From NCBI RefSeq assembly GCF_000008565.1, contig NC_001263.1:1860726-1892725 (forward strand): a stretch of DNA of 32,000 nucleotides, in the 5' to 3' direction. The translations under genes were made by a program, and so were the position numbers. The stretch is from Deinococcus radiodurans R1 = ATCC 13939 = DSM 20539 (lineage in GTDB: Bacteria; Deinococcota; Deinococci; Deinococcales; Deinococcaceae). Of this stretch, positions 22,227-31,416 are shown one piece after another; position 1 is the stretch's first letter; each line of letters starts with the position of its first letter. Below the pieces are notes generated by a model. It did no database searches. It was not told where the DNA came from and saw only the letters and a program-made list of their open reading frames with translations.

Positions 22227-22838
22227 TCACAGCGGCTTGACGAGCACACTCTCCCCCACTTGTAGGCGGGTTTTGGTGAGCACATCGGGCGGAATGTAGA
22301 TCAGCGCCCCCACCTCCGGGTGCCCGCGCAGGGGGAAACGGTAACTCTTGCCACCGTCGTCGCGCACGCCCACGAACTGCGGCAGGCGCTTGAGGTCCTG
22401 TTGCCAGCGGTCCACGATCATGGCGTCCACCAGGACCACGCCCGCGACCTCGTGCGTCACCTCGACGAGCAGCCGGGCGGTCCGCAGCCGCCTCTGACGC
22501 AGCAGGCCCAACCGCGCCAGCCGGGCAGCGACGGCGGCGGCCTCGGGGTCGTCGGCCAGTTCGCTCAGAGGCACCTGCGCCGCGATTCGGTCCAAGACCT
22601 GATGCTCGTGCAATGACAGCGGCAACCGCGCCAGCCGCTCTGCGTCGGTGATGCGCGCCGGGCCGGGGAAGGGCAACTCGGGCGCGGGCAACTCGCGCAG
22701 CGCGGCGTAGGCCACCACATCGAAAGGCGAATTGAGGGGCCGGTACGACCCGCGCACCCCCTCGTCGAACTGAAAGTGACCGCTCGGCTCACGCAGGAGC
22801 GCGACCAGGGCGTCACGCGCCTTCCAGGTCACGGTCAC
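22227..22838 (-). CDS. C-terminal part of a DUF4388/PATAN-like protein (frame-shifted relative to 22813..23010)
   Basis: GTG-start ORF. TWKARDALVALLREPSGHFQFDEG completes the DUF4388 consensus begun in the upstream ORF. The C-terminal LIYIPPDVLTKTRLQVGESVLVKPL looks AbrB/SpoVT-like. Confidence 0.6.
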   Translation of the reverse strand: MTVTWKARDALVALLREPSGHFQFDEGVRGSYRPLNSPFDVVAYAALRELPAPELPFPGPARITDAERLARLPLSLHEHQVLDRIAAQVPLSELADDPEAAAVAARLARLGLLRQRRLRTARLLVEVTHEVAGVVLVDAMIVDRWQQDLKRLPQFVGVRDDGGKSYRFPLRGHPEVGALIYIPPDVLTKTRLQVGESVLVKPL

Positions 22839-23010
22839 TCAGACCGCCGCGCAAATGCTGAAGTGACACCCGCCGCACCCGGCCTTCTTCGAGCCAGCAG
22901 CGGAACAGCGCATCGGGCCGCTGCACCCGCAGAACCCCGGTGCGTTTGCCCTGGGCCAGCAGCAGCAGCAGTTGCAGGGCATCGAAATCAGCGAGGTTAC
23001 TCAGGGTCAT
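22813..23010 (-). CDS. N-terminal part of a DUF4388/PATAN-like protein
   Basis: MTLSNLADFDALQLLLLLAQGKRTGVLRVQRPDALFRCWLEEGRVRRV matches the DUF4388 N-terminal half. The ORF ends 26 nt inside the next ORF, in a different frame. Confidence 0.6.
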   Translation of the reverse strand: MTLSNLADFDALQLLLLLAQGKRTGVLRVQRPDALFRCWLEEGRVRRVSLQHLRGGLSDRDLEGA

Positions 23011-23113
23011 CACGAACCGCCTTGCTGGCAGTCTAACCGGCGTCTCTGCCACGTTTCTTTCGCCTGTGCGGGCACACGGAGAATTAATTTCGGGTGTAAC
23101 CGCGCTCTGCCGC

Positions 23114-23662
23114 TCAACTCCGCAGCAGATGCGAGAAATCGGCGCCTTGCAGTGGCGGGAGGTCCTGCAAGCTCCCCAGGCCGAATTCGAGCAGAAACTT
23201 CTCGGTGGTGCCGTAGAGCAGCGGCTGACCCACGGCGTCGCTGCGGCCCACCACCTTGACGAGTTCGCGCTCCTGCAAGGTGAGCACCGTGCCCGCGCTC
23301 GCCCCGCGCATCGCTTCGATTTCAGCCCGCGTGACCGGCTGGCGATAGGCGATGATCGCCAGCACTTCGAGCGCGGCGTTGCTGAGGCTCGGCAGCGGCG
23401 CCGGGGCCAGCAGCGGTGCGAGGTGCCCGGCGAGGCCCGGCGGCACGATCAAGCGGTAGCCGCCTGCTACGGCTTCCAGGGTGATGCCCAGCCCCGCAGC
23501 TTCCAGCGCCGCCGCGAACGCCTGCACCGCCCGCAGGGTGGCGTCCTCACCGAGGCCCAGCACGCCCGCGAGTTCACGCAGCCGCACGGGCCGCCCCGCC
23601 GCCAGCAACGCGGCCCCGATGAGCGCCTGAGGCCGGGCTGGTTGCTCCGTATCGACACTCAA
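23114..23662 (-). CDS. scpB: Segregation and condensation protein B
   Basis: 182 aa; two winged-helix halves; ITRAEIEAMRGASAGTVLTLQERELV...GRSDAVGQPLLYGTTEKFLLEFGL; TTG start overlaps the tsaC stop. Confidence 0.88.
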   Translation of the reverse strand: MSVDTEQPARPQALIGAALLAAGRPVRLRELAGVLGLGEDATLRAVQAFAAALEAAGLGITLEAVAGGYRLIVPPGLAGHLAPLLAPAPLPSLSNAALEVLAIIAYRQPVTRAEIEAMRGASAGTVLTLQERELVKVVGRSDAVGQPLLYGTTEKFLLEFGLGSLQDLPPLQGADFSHLLRS

Positions 23663-24351
23663 AGGGTCACCCGCACGCCCAGTGGGGCCAGCCGCGCCGC
23701 GAGGTCGGCCTGACTCAGGCCTCCCAGCCGCAGCATCCGCGCCGTGTCTTCGCCCTCAGCGGGCAGGCGCAGCACGGTGCTCGGCGCGGCGGGGGGCCGG
23801 TCCGCCGTGCCCGCCGGTTCCGGCAGGGTCAGGTCGGCGAGCGCGTAGGCCTCGGCTTCAGCCTGGGTGGTCGCCGCCGCCTGCCCGCTGGGATTAAGGC
23901 TGGTGGTCGCCAGTGGCCCCCCGGCAGCACTCAGCAGCGCCAGCGCCACCGGATGCGCGGGCACCCGCAGGCCCAACCAGCCGTCCGGTGCCACCGCCTC
24001 GGCGCCCGCGCCCCAGTCTTCGAGCCGTTCGGGGCGGCCCGGCGTCACCACGGTCAAGGGTCCCGGCCAGCACGCGCTCAGGGCGAGCAGCGCCGGACTG
24101 GGCACGGCGAGCGCGAGCGCGGCGGCGGCGCCCGGGCAGGAAAGCTGGAGTGGCTTGTTCGCCTCGCGGCCCTTGCGACGGTAGAGCTCGGCGGCGGCGG
24201 CGGGGCGAGCGGCGAGGCCCCAGACGGTTTCGGTGGGGTAAGCGACGACCCCGCCCCGGTCCAGCACATCAGCGGCGGCGCGGAGCAGCTCGGGCGGCAG
24301 GAAACCGGACGGCAGAGACTCGGGTGACGGCAAAGCGGCAAAGTCGGTCAT
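23659..24351 (-). CDS. tsaC: L-threonylcarbamoyladenylate synthase (YrdC/TsaC family)
   Basis: 230 aa; VVAYPTETVWGLAARP and SLNPSGQ motifs of the YrdC domain. Confidence 0.88.
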   Translation of the reverse strand: MTDFAALPSPESLPSGFLPPELLRAAADVLDRGGVVAYPTETVWGLAARPAAAAELYRRKGREANKPLQLSCPGAAAALALAVPSPALLALSACWPGPLTVVTPGRPERLEDWGAGAEAVAPDGWLGLRVPAHPVALALLSAAGGPLATTSLNPSGQAAATTQAEAEAYALADLTLPEPAGTADRPPAAPSTVLRLPAEGEDTARMLRLGGLSQADLAARLAPLGVRVTL

Positions 24352-24406
24352 AGGCGCAAAAAAGGGCCCGCGCGGGGGTGTAAGGTTCGCGCAAGACGCT
24401 GCCGAC

Positions 24407-24412
24407 TATACT
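24407..24412 (+). promoter_or_regulatory. -10 box TATACT (pilC), very short leader
   Basis: TATACT-N9-ATG(24422). Confidence 0.4.
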
Positions 24413-24421
24413 CACTCCCAT

Positions 24422-25642
24422 ATGCCGGTCTACGAATATCGCGCCCGGGACCGGGGGGGTCAGACCCTCAAATCCCAGATGGAGGCCGACTCCGAAGCCC
24501 AGGTCCGCGACGCGCTGCGGGCCCGCAACCTGATGATTCTGGAAATCAAGGCCCCCAAGACGGGCCTGAACGCCGACATCAAGATTCCAGGTCTCACCGA
24601 CCGCCCGCCGGGACTCAAGCAGGTGGCGGTCTTCAGCAAGCAGCTCGCTACCCTGATCAATGCCGGGGTGCCGCTGGTGCAGTCGCTCGCCATCTTGCAG
24701 CGCCAGCTCGACAACAAGACCTTCGAGGCCGTGATCAAAAAGGTGCGCGGCGAGGTCGAGTCGGGCCAGCCGCTCAGCGAGGCACTGCAACAGCACCCCA
24801 AGATCTTCGGGCGGCTGTTCATCAACCTCGTCCGCGCCGGAGAAACGAGCGGCACGCTCGACACGGTGCTCGAGCGTATCGCCGACTTTCAGGAAAAGCA
24901 GCTCGCGTTGCAGGGCAAGATCAAGAGCGCGCTGACCTACCCCACGGTGGTGCTGGTCTTCGCCCTAGGGATCACCTACTTCCTACTGACCACCGTGGTG
25001 CCGCAGTTCGCCGGCATCCTGACGCAGCTCAATGCGCCGCTCCCTTTCATCACGCGCATGCTGATGGCGGTCTCCAACTTCTTGCAGCACTCGGGCCTGC
25101 TGCTGCTCGCCATCATCGCTGTGATCGTGCTCGCTTACCGCTGGTACTACCGCACGCCCCAGGGCCGTCACGCCATTGACGACTTTAAGTTGCGCTTGCC
25201 GGTGTTCGGCAACCTGATCCAGAAAAGCGCCATCAGTTCGTTTGCCCGCACCTTTGGCCTGCTCGTCAGCAGCGGGGTCAACATTATCGAGTCGCTGGAA
25301 ATCACCAAGGGCACCGCCGACAATGCGATCGTCGAAGAAACCATCGAGAACGCTAAGAACGTGGTGATCTCGGGGGACCAGATGAGTTCAAGTCTGGCGA
25401 CCAGCAAAGTCTTTCCGCCGATGGTGGTCAGCATGGTCGCCATCGGCGAGGAAACCGGGTCGCTCGACAACATGCTCAACAAGGTTGCCGACTTCTATGA
25501 CCGCGAGGTGGACGAGGCCGTCGAGAGTCTGACCGCCGCCATCGAACCGATGATGATCGTGTTTCTGGGCGGCATCGTCGGCCTGATCGTGGCCGGGATG
25601 TTCCTGCCGATGTTCAGCATCATCGGAACGCTCAGCCAGTAA
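24422..25642 (+). CDS. pilC: Type IV pilus assembly / type II secretion platform protein (GspF/PilC family)
   Basis: 406 aa; N-terminus MPVYEYRARDRGGQ; duplicated T2SSF domains; 3 TM segments. Confidence 0.93.
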   Translation: MPVYEYRARDRGGQTLKSQMEADSEAQVRDALRARNLMILEIKAPKTGLNADIKIPGLTDRPPGLKQVAVFSKQLATLINAGVPLVQSLAILQRQLDNKTFEAVIKKVRGEVESGQPLSEALQQHPKIFGRLFINLVRAGETSGTLDTVLERIADFQEKQLALQGKIKSALTYPTVVLVFALGITYFLLTTVVPQFAGILTQLNAPLPFITRMLMAVSNFLQHSGLLLLAIIAVIVLAYRWYYRTPQGRHAIDDFKLRLPVFGNLIQKSAISSFARTFGLLVSSGVNIIESLEITKGTADNAIVEETIENAKNVVISGDQMSSSLATSKVFPPMVVSMVAIGEETGSLDNMLNKVADFYDREVDEAVESLTAAIEPMMIVFLGGIVGLIVAGMFLPMFSIIGTLSQ

Positions 25643-25662
25643 TTGGCGTTTTCCGCTCCGCT

Positions 25663-25693
25663 GCCCCCGTCCGCGTGGCGGGGGCCTGCTTTA
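25663..25693. terminator. Possible terminator between pilC and the DUF423 gene
   Basis: 7-bp stem GCCCCCG / CGGGGGC with a 9-nt loop; weak T tract (CTGCTTTA). Confidence 0.35.
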
Positions 25694-26047
25694 TCAACGG
25701 CGGGCGGCGTCGAGGGCGAGCAGCACGAAGCCCACGATCATCAGCACGCCGCCGATGGGCGTGACCGCGCCCAACCAGCGCAGGCCGGTCAGCGCCATCA
25801 GGTAGAGCGAGCCACTGAACAGCACTGCGCCGAGCAGCAGCGGCCAGCCCGCGCGGGTGGTGAAGGGCAGGGCGCCGAGCAGCAGCAGCGCCAGCGCGGC
25901 GTACATCTGATAACGGGCGCCGGTTTCTACGTTGGCGAGCATGGAAGGGTCGAGCCGGGACTTGAGGGCGTGCGCGGCGAAGGCGCCGAGCGCCACACTC
26001 AGGGCGGCGAGCAGGGCTCCGGCTTGCAGGGCGAGGCGGGCAGTCAT
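25694..26047 (-). CDS. DUF423 (YgdD/TMEM256-like) membrane protein
   Basis: 117 aa, 4 TM segments; LGAFAAHAL...YQMYAALALL...GSLYLMAL pattern. Confidence 0.85.
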   Translation of the reverse strand: MTARLALQAGALLAALSVALGAFAAHALKSRLDPSMLANVETGARYQMYAALALLLLGALPFTTRAGWPLLLGAVLFSGSLYLMALTGLRWLGAVTPIGGVLMIVGFVLLALDAARR

Positions 26048-26054
26048 GAGGCCC

Positions 26055-26060
26055 AGGGTA
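26055..26060 (-). promoter_or_regulatory. -10 box TACCCT, leaderless type
   Basis: TACCCT-N7-ATG(26047). Confidence 0.35.
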
Positions 26061-26153
26061 GTGGGAGAAGTGTGGGGAGAGTGTCCCCCGAAGCCTTCAA
26101 GAAGCTGGGAGAGTGTGGGAGCCCCGGCCCGAGACAGGAAAAAAAGCGGCGGC

Positions 26154-26182
26154 GTGGTGGGAATCGGTGGTAAAGCGTGGTG
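26154..26182 (+). promoter_or_regulatory. Candidate MraZ operator (three GTGGT direct repeats)
   Basis: GTGGTG (26154), GTGGTA (26167) and GTGGTG (26177), about 145 nt upstream of mraZ. Four more (C/G)TGGG(G)AG boxes start at 26061, 26072, 26105 and 26115. Confidence 0.35.
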
Positions 26183-26325
26183 AACGCTGTTACACTTTTA
26201 ACGTCAGTTCAGAAACGTGCCCCACGGCGCGGGGCTGGGCTGCCTTTCCTGTATCGACTTTCTTCCGGTGCGTCCTGGGCGACTTTTTCGCCCCCGTGCC
26301 GGAACCGCTGAGGAGAAGACCCCCG

Positions 26326-27689
<1,364 letters not shown>

Positions 27690-28052
27690 ATGCCGCGCCG
27701 CCGCTTAAGCGCTGACCCGGCCCGCTGGCGCCGCCGGGCGGTCAAGCTGCTGCTGACCTACCTGCTGCTGGCGCTGACGCTCCTGAGCACCCGCTCGCTG
27801 ACCCGCGACGTGCGCCCGGCACTGCTGGCCGCCCGCACCCAGGAAAAGCAGCTCACCCAGGAGCGCGACCAGCGTGAACTGCGGGTGCAGACGCTGCTCG
27901 CCGACACCCGCGTGCGCCAGTGGGCCCTGCAAAACGGCATGGTGCTCACCGCCGAGGCCCCCAAGACCTCGCGCGACCTGGGCACGCAGGCCGTGCCGCC
28001 ACTTCCTCAGGCTCCCAGCGAGCCGCTGAAGGTGAAGATCCAATGGAACTGA
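27690..28052 (+). CDS. ftsL: FtsL-like cell division protein (assigned by position and topology)
   Basis: 120 aa; basic N-terminus, single TM segment, coiled-coil-like segment; sits between rsmH and the PBP gene; the ATG immediately follows the rsmH stop codon (TGA 27687..27689, ATG 27690). Confidence 0.55.
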   Translation: MPRRRLSADPARWRRRAVKLLLTYLLLALTLLSTRSLTRDVRPALLAARTQEKQLTQERDQRELRVQTLLADTRVRQWALQNGMVLTAEAPKTSRDLGTQAVPPLPQAPSEPLKVKIQWN

Positions 28053-28076
28053 AGATTCGGAACCCGCTCGCGCTGG

Positions 28077-29390
28077 ATGCAGGTCATCGCCCTGGTGATG
28101 TTCGCCACGCTGGTGTGGGCCTACGCGCAGATTGAGTGGGGACCGCCCAACTCGATTACCACCAAGCACGAAACCGTGCGCGGCAGCATCCTCGCCGGCG
28201 ACGGCAGCGTGCTCGCCCGCACCCTCGGCGAGCAGCGCGTCTACCCGCAGGGCGCCCTGGCGGGGCAGGTGCTGGGGATGCTGGGCGACTCGGGCGGCCT
28301 TGAAGGCGTCGAGCGCACGGCCAACGACACCTTGCAGACCGGGCAAAGCGTGCAACTCACCCTCGACCCCTCGGCGCAGGCGATTGCCGAGGCCGCCCTC
28401 GCGCGCGGCGTGCAGGCCCATCAGGGCCAGTACGGCGCGGTCATCATGCTCGAAACCCGCACCGGGCGCATTCTCGCCGCCGCCACCTATCCGCCCTTCG
28501 ACCCCGGCAACTGGCGCGGCAAGCCCGACACCCAGGAGCGGGTCAAGAACCGCGCTTTTCTCGACGCCTACGAGCCCGGCTCGACCATGAAGGCGCTCAC
28601 CATCGCCGCCGCGCTCAACGACGGCATCACCACCCCCGACACGGTGTACGAAACTCCCATGAGCCGGCACGTCGGCGGGCGCTGGGGCCACACCATCGGG
28701 GACGCGGTGGACCATCCCAGCAGCCTGACCACCCAGCAGGTGCTGCGCTACTCGTCGAACGTGGGCATGAGCCACATCGTCGAGGGCTTCACCTACCAGA
28801 AGCTGCGCGATTACCTCGCCGCCTACGGCTTCGGGCAGCCGGTGAACCTGACCGGCGCCGTGACCGCGCAGGGCATCCTCAAGCCCATCGACAAGTGGAA
28901 CGACCTCGAGAGGGCCACCAACTCGTTCGGCCAGGGCGTGAGCGGCACCACCCTACAAGTGGCGGCGGCCTACAACGCGGTCGCCAACGACGGGCTGTAT
29001 GTCACGCCGCGCCTGATCGAAGGTGCCCCGGCGGGCGAACGGCACGAGGTGGTCCGCGCGGCCTCGGCCCGCACCGTGCGCGAAATGCTCAAGGCCATCG
29101 TGGTCGAGGGCAAGTTCGCCAGCCTCGAAGGCTACGACCTGAGCGGTAAGACCGGCACGGCGCAGGTGGCGACCGAAAACGGCTACTCCAACAGCGTGTA
29201 CAAGAGCACCTACGCCGGATTTTTCCCCAGCGACACCCCGCGCGTCACGGTAGCGGTCATGGTGCACGGCGCGCAAGGCGAGCACCACGGCTCGCAGGTC
29301 GCCGCGCCCATCTTCCGCGAAATCGCCTCGGGAATGCTCTCGGAATGGGGCACCGCGCCCGAAGTGACGGTCAGCGAACCGGCGAAGTAA
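28077..29390 (+). CDS. ftsI: Class B penicillin-binding protein (FtsI-like transpeptidase), unusually short
   Basis: 437 aa; STMK (Ser169), SSN and KTGT motifs; N-terminal TM segment; start uncertain (see finding). Confidence 0.9.
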   Translation: MQVIALVMFATLVWAYAQIEWGPPNSITTKHETVRGSILAGDGSVLARTLGEQRVYPQGALAGQVLGMLGDSGGLEGVERTANDTLQTGQSVQLTLDPSAQAIAEAALARGVQAHQGQYGAVIMLETRTGRILAAATYPPFDPGNWRGKPDTQERVKNRAFLDAYEPGSTMKALTIAAALNDGITTPDTVYETPMSRHVGGRWGHTIGDAVDHPSSLTTQQVLRYSSNVGMSHIVEGFTYQKLRDYLAAYGFGQPVNLTGAVTAQGILKPIDKWNDLERATNSFGQGVSGTTLQVAAAYNAVANDGLYVTPRLIEGAPAGERHEVVRAASARTVREMLKAIVVEGKFASLEGYDLSGKTGTAQVATENGYSNSVYKSTYAGFFPSDTPRVTVAVMVHGAQGEHHGSQVAAPIFREIASGMLSEWGTAPEVTVSEPAK

Positions 29391-29396
29391 ACCGGT

Positions 29397-30401
29397 CTAC
29401 ATCACCGAGTCGCTCTCGCGCAGCAAAATCGGCAGCTCGAAGGCGGGCGAGAGCCACTGCCGCTGCTCGTGAATGGCCTGGGGCGGGCACGAGCGCAGGC
29501 AGGCCATGCAGCCGGTGCAGGCCGAGAGGTCGAGCAGCAGCCGCACGCCGCCTTCCGGTTGCAGGTTGCGGGTAATGGCCTGGGTCGGGCAGACGTTGGC
29601 ACACACCGGGCAGTCGATGCAGCTGTCGTCCACCACCGGGGCGGGCCAGTCGATGCCCACGTCCTGCGGCAGCGGCGTGCCGAGTGCCTTCTTGCGCCAC
29701 TGCCACTCGGCGGGGGTGCGCTGCTCGGGTTCGGACCAGTCTACGAAGGGCAGCGGTCGCTCGGGCAGGCGCTGGGCGAGTTGCTGCGACCCGGCCCGAA
29801 ACAGGGCGCTGAAGGCCCCGCGCCGGGTGAGTTTTTGCGCCCGTTCGCCGTCTTCGGGCACCGCCGGGCGCAGGGTCACCTCGGCGGGGCGGCCCGTGGC
29901 GCGGCGCAGGGTCTGGGTCTCGTTCATCACCCCGAGCAGCCGCTGCGGCACATCGGGGCGGCCCACCGGGCAGCTTTCGCACTCGCCGTGAATCAGGGTG
30001 AGCGGAATGCCCCACCCGCCCGCCGCCGTCAGGAGCGCAGGTGTCACCCGGCCCAGGCAGGGCAGTTGCGGGCCACCCGCGCCGCTTTGCGAACAGGTCA
30101 GGGTGGCCTCGCCCGCCGCAGTGGCGCGCTGCTGCTGCACGCTTTCGAGCGGGGCGAGCAGGTCGTATTCCAGCGCCCCGGACGGGCAGCTCTGCACGCA
30201 CAGGCCACAGCCGGTGCAGCGCTCGGGGTCGATTTCGACGGCGTAGCCCCCGGCGTTGACCGTCACCGCCTCGTGCGGGCAGGCGTCCACGCACACGGCG
30301 CAGCCCCCCACCGCGTGCCGGTCGAGCAGGCACCTGGGCTGGGTGTAGCGGGGAACGAGATTGCCCATCTCGCCGAGTTGGTCCAGAACGCCGCGCAGCA
30401 T
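29397..30401 (-). CDS. 4Fe-4S dicluster-domain protein (multi-cluster ferredoxin-like)
   Basis: CTGCGLCVQSCP, CIDCPVCANVCP, CTGCMACLRSCP plus CAVCVDACP. Start set at ATG 30401 (CATACT-N7); the track ORF begins at a TTG at 30437. Confidence 0.8.
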   Translation of the reverse strand: MLRGVLDQLGEMGNLVPRYTQPRCLLDRHAVGGCAVCVDACPHEAVTVNAGGYAVEIDPERCTGCGLCVQSCPSGALEYDLLAPLESVQQQRATAAGEATLTCSQSGAGGPQLPCLGRVTPALLTAAGGWGIPLTLIHGECESCPVGRPDVPQRLLGVMNETQTLRRATGRPAEVTLRPAVPEDGERAQKLTRRGAFSALFRAGSQQLAQRLPERPLPFVDWSEPEQRTPAEWQWRKKALGTPLPQDVGIDWPAPVVDDSCIDCPVCANVCPTQAITRNLQPEGGVRLLLDLSACTGCMACLRSCPPQAIHEQRQWLSPAFELPILLRESDSVM

Positions 30402-30408
30402 GAGGGCG

Positions 30409-30414
30409 AGTATG
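30409..30414 (-). promoter_or_regulatory. -10 box CATACT, leaderless type
   Basis: CATACT-N7-ATG(30401). Confidence 0.35.
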
Positions 30415-30441
30415 CGGCCCAGCACCGGGCGGCACAAGGAA

Positions 30442-30500
30442 CAGGATTACGAGGCGACAGGGTTACGAGGCTTGAGTGTTCACCTCTCGCCACCTCTCAC
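30442..30500. promoter_or_regulatory. Two pairs of direct repeats in a divergent promoter region
   Basis: CAGGATTACGAGGC (30442..30455) and CAGGGTTACGAGGC (30458..30471), 13 of 14 identical. CACCTCTCGC and CACCTCTCAC (30481..30500), 9 of 10 identical. Confidence 0.35.
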
Positions 30501-30534
30501 AGACAACGGCCCGGCCCCCGCCCTGCACAGACGC

Positions 30535-30540
30535 TAGCCT
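30535..30540 (+). promoter_or_regulatory. -10 box TAGCCT, leaderless type
   Basis: TAGCCT-N7-ATG(30548). Confidence 0.4.
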
Positions 30541-30547
30541 CGCCCCG

Positions 30548-31330
30548 ATGTCCGCTTCTCCCCTGCCCGGCCTGCGGGCCGCCGACTCGCCGCCCAAATC
30601 TGCCGAGCGCCCGCTGGGCGAGTTGCCGCTGACCGTGCTCGTCGGCGTGACCGGCGTGGGCAAAAGCACCGCGCTCGCTGCCCTGCAAGCCACCGACGCC
30701 GCGCTGAAGGTGCTGCCCGACCGCCGTGAAGTGACCGACGCGGTGATGATCTGGCCGCAGGCGGGCGGCCCGGTCCGGGACCGCGAGGAACGCTTTCGCC
30801 TGACCGCGCTTTACCGTCAGGCTCACCCCGGCGGCATGGCGCAGGCGCTTGGGTCGCTGCTCGCTGACACCGGGCAGTGGGGAGAAGCTCCGGTTTTCGA
30901 CGGGCTGCGCGGTGAGGACGAGGTGCGCTACGCCGCCGAGCACTTTCCGCGCTGGCGTTTCGTGGCGCTGGGGGCCCCTGACCCGGTGCGGGTGCGCCGC
31001 CTGCTGGGGCGCGGGGACCGCTTCGACCAGATTCAGGCGGATGGGGCCGAAGACCTCCGCGCCGCGCTGGGCGGGCTCACAGGCAGTGCCGAAGTCTTTA
31101 CTGCCGCCGACCTCGACGCCCTCGCCGGGCTGGTGAGCGAAGGCCACCGCGCCGAAGACATCCTCGCCAAGACCAAAATCGTGGTGAGCGAGCGGCGCAA
31201 CTACGACCCCGGCGCCGCTGAAGCCGTGCTGCGAACCCTACCCTCTGAGCGGGCGCTGATTCTCGACACCGTGCAGTTTTCGCCGGAGCAGGTGGGCGCG
31301 GCGGTGCGGGCGTGGGCTACTCAGCCGTAA
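30548..31330 (+). CDS. P-loop NTPase/kinase-like protein of unknown function
   Basis: 260 aa from ATG 30548; Walker [10 protein letters not shown]; no further family assignment possible by eye. Confidence 0.6.
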   Translation: MSASPLPGLRAADSPPKSAERPLGELPLTVLVGVTGVGKSTALAALQATDAALKVLPDRREVTDAVMIWPQAGGPVRDREERFRLTALYRQAHPGGMAQALGSLLADTGQWGEAPVFDGLRGEDEVRYAAEHFPRWRFVALGAPDPVRVRRLLGRGDRFDQIQADGAEDLRAALGGLTGSAEVFTAADLDALAGLVSEGHRAEDILAKTKIVVSERRNYDPGAAEAVLRTLPSERALILDTVQFSPEQVGAAVRAWATQP

Positions 31331-31416
31331 GTCAGCCTTCACCTGCCTCTTTCCTGCTCGGCCCGACCCTGCCGCCTGCTCCTTCCATCGCATTCCGTCT
31401 CTGGAGGCCCTATTCC

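Noticed and set aside
26113-26325. Upstream extensions of the mraZ ORF (26113) and the rsmH ORF (26439)
   Set aside because: MraZ homology starts at the TTG at 26326, which has a GAGGAG SD. RsmH homology starts at ATG 26760, and the 26439 frame overlaps mraZ out of frame.
29391-29396. 6-nt gap between the convergent ftsI and Fe-S gene stops, considered as a possible overlapping or antisense regulatory arrangement
   Set aside because: No structure or motif can be seen in 6 nt. It is noted under the dcw finding instead.
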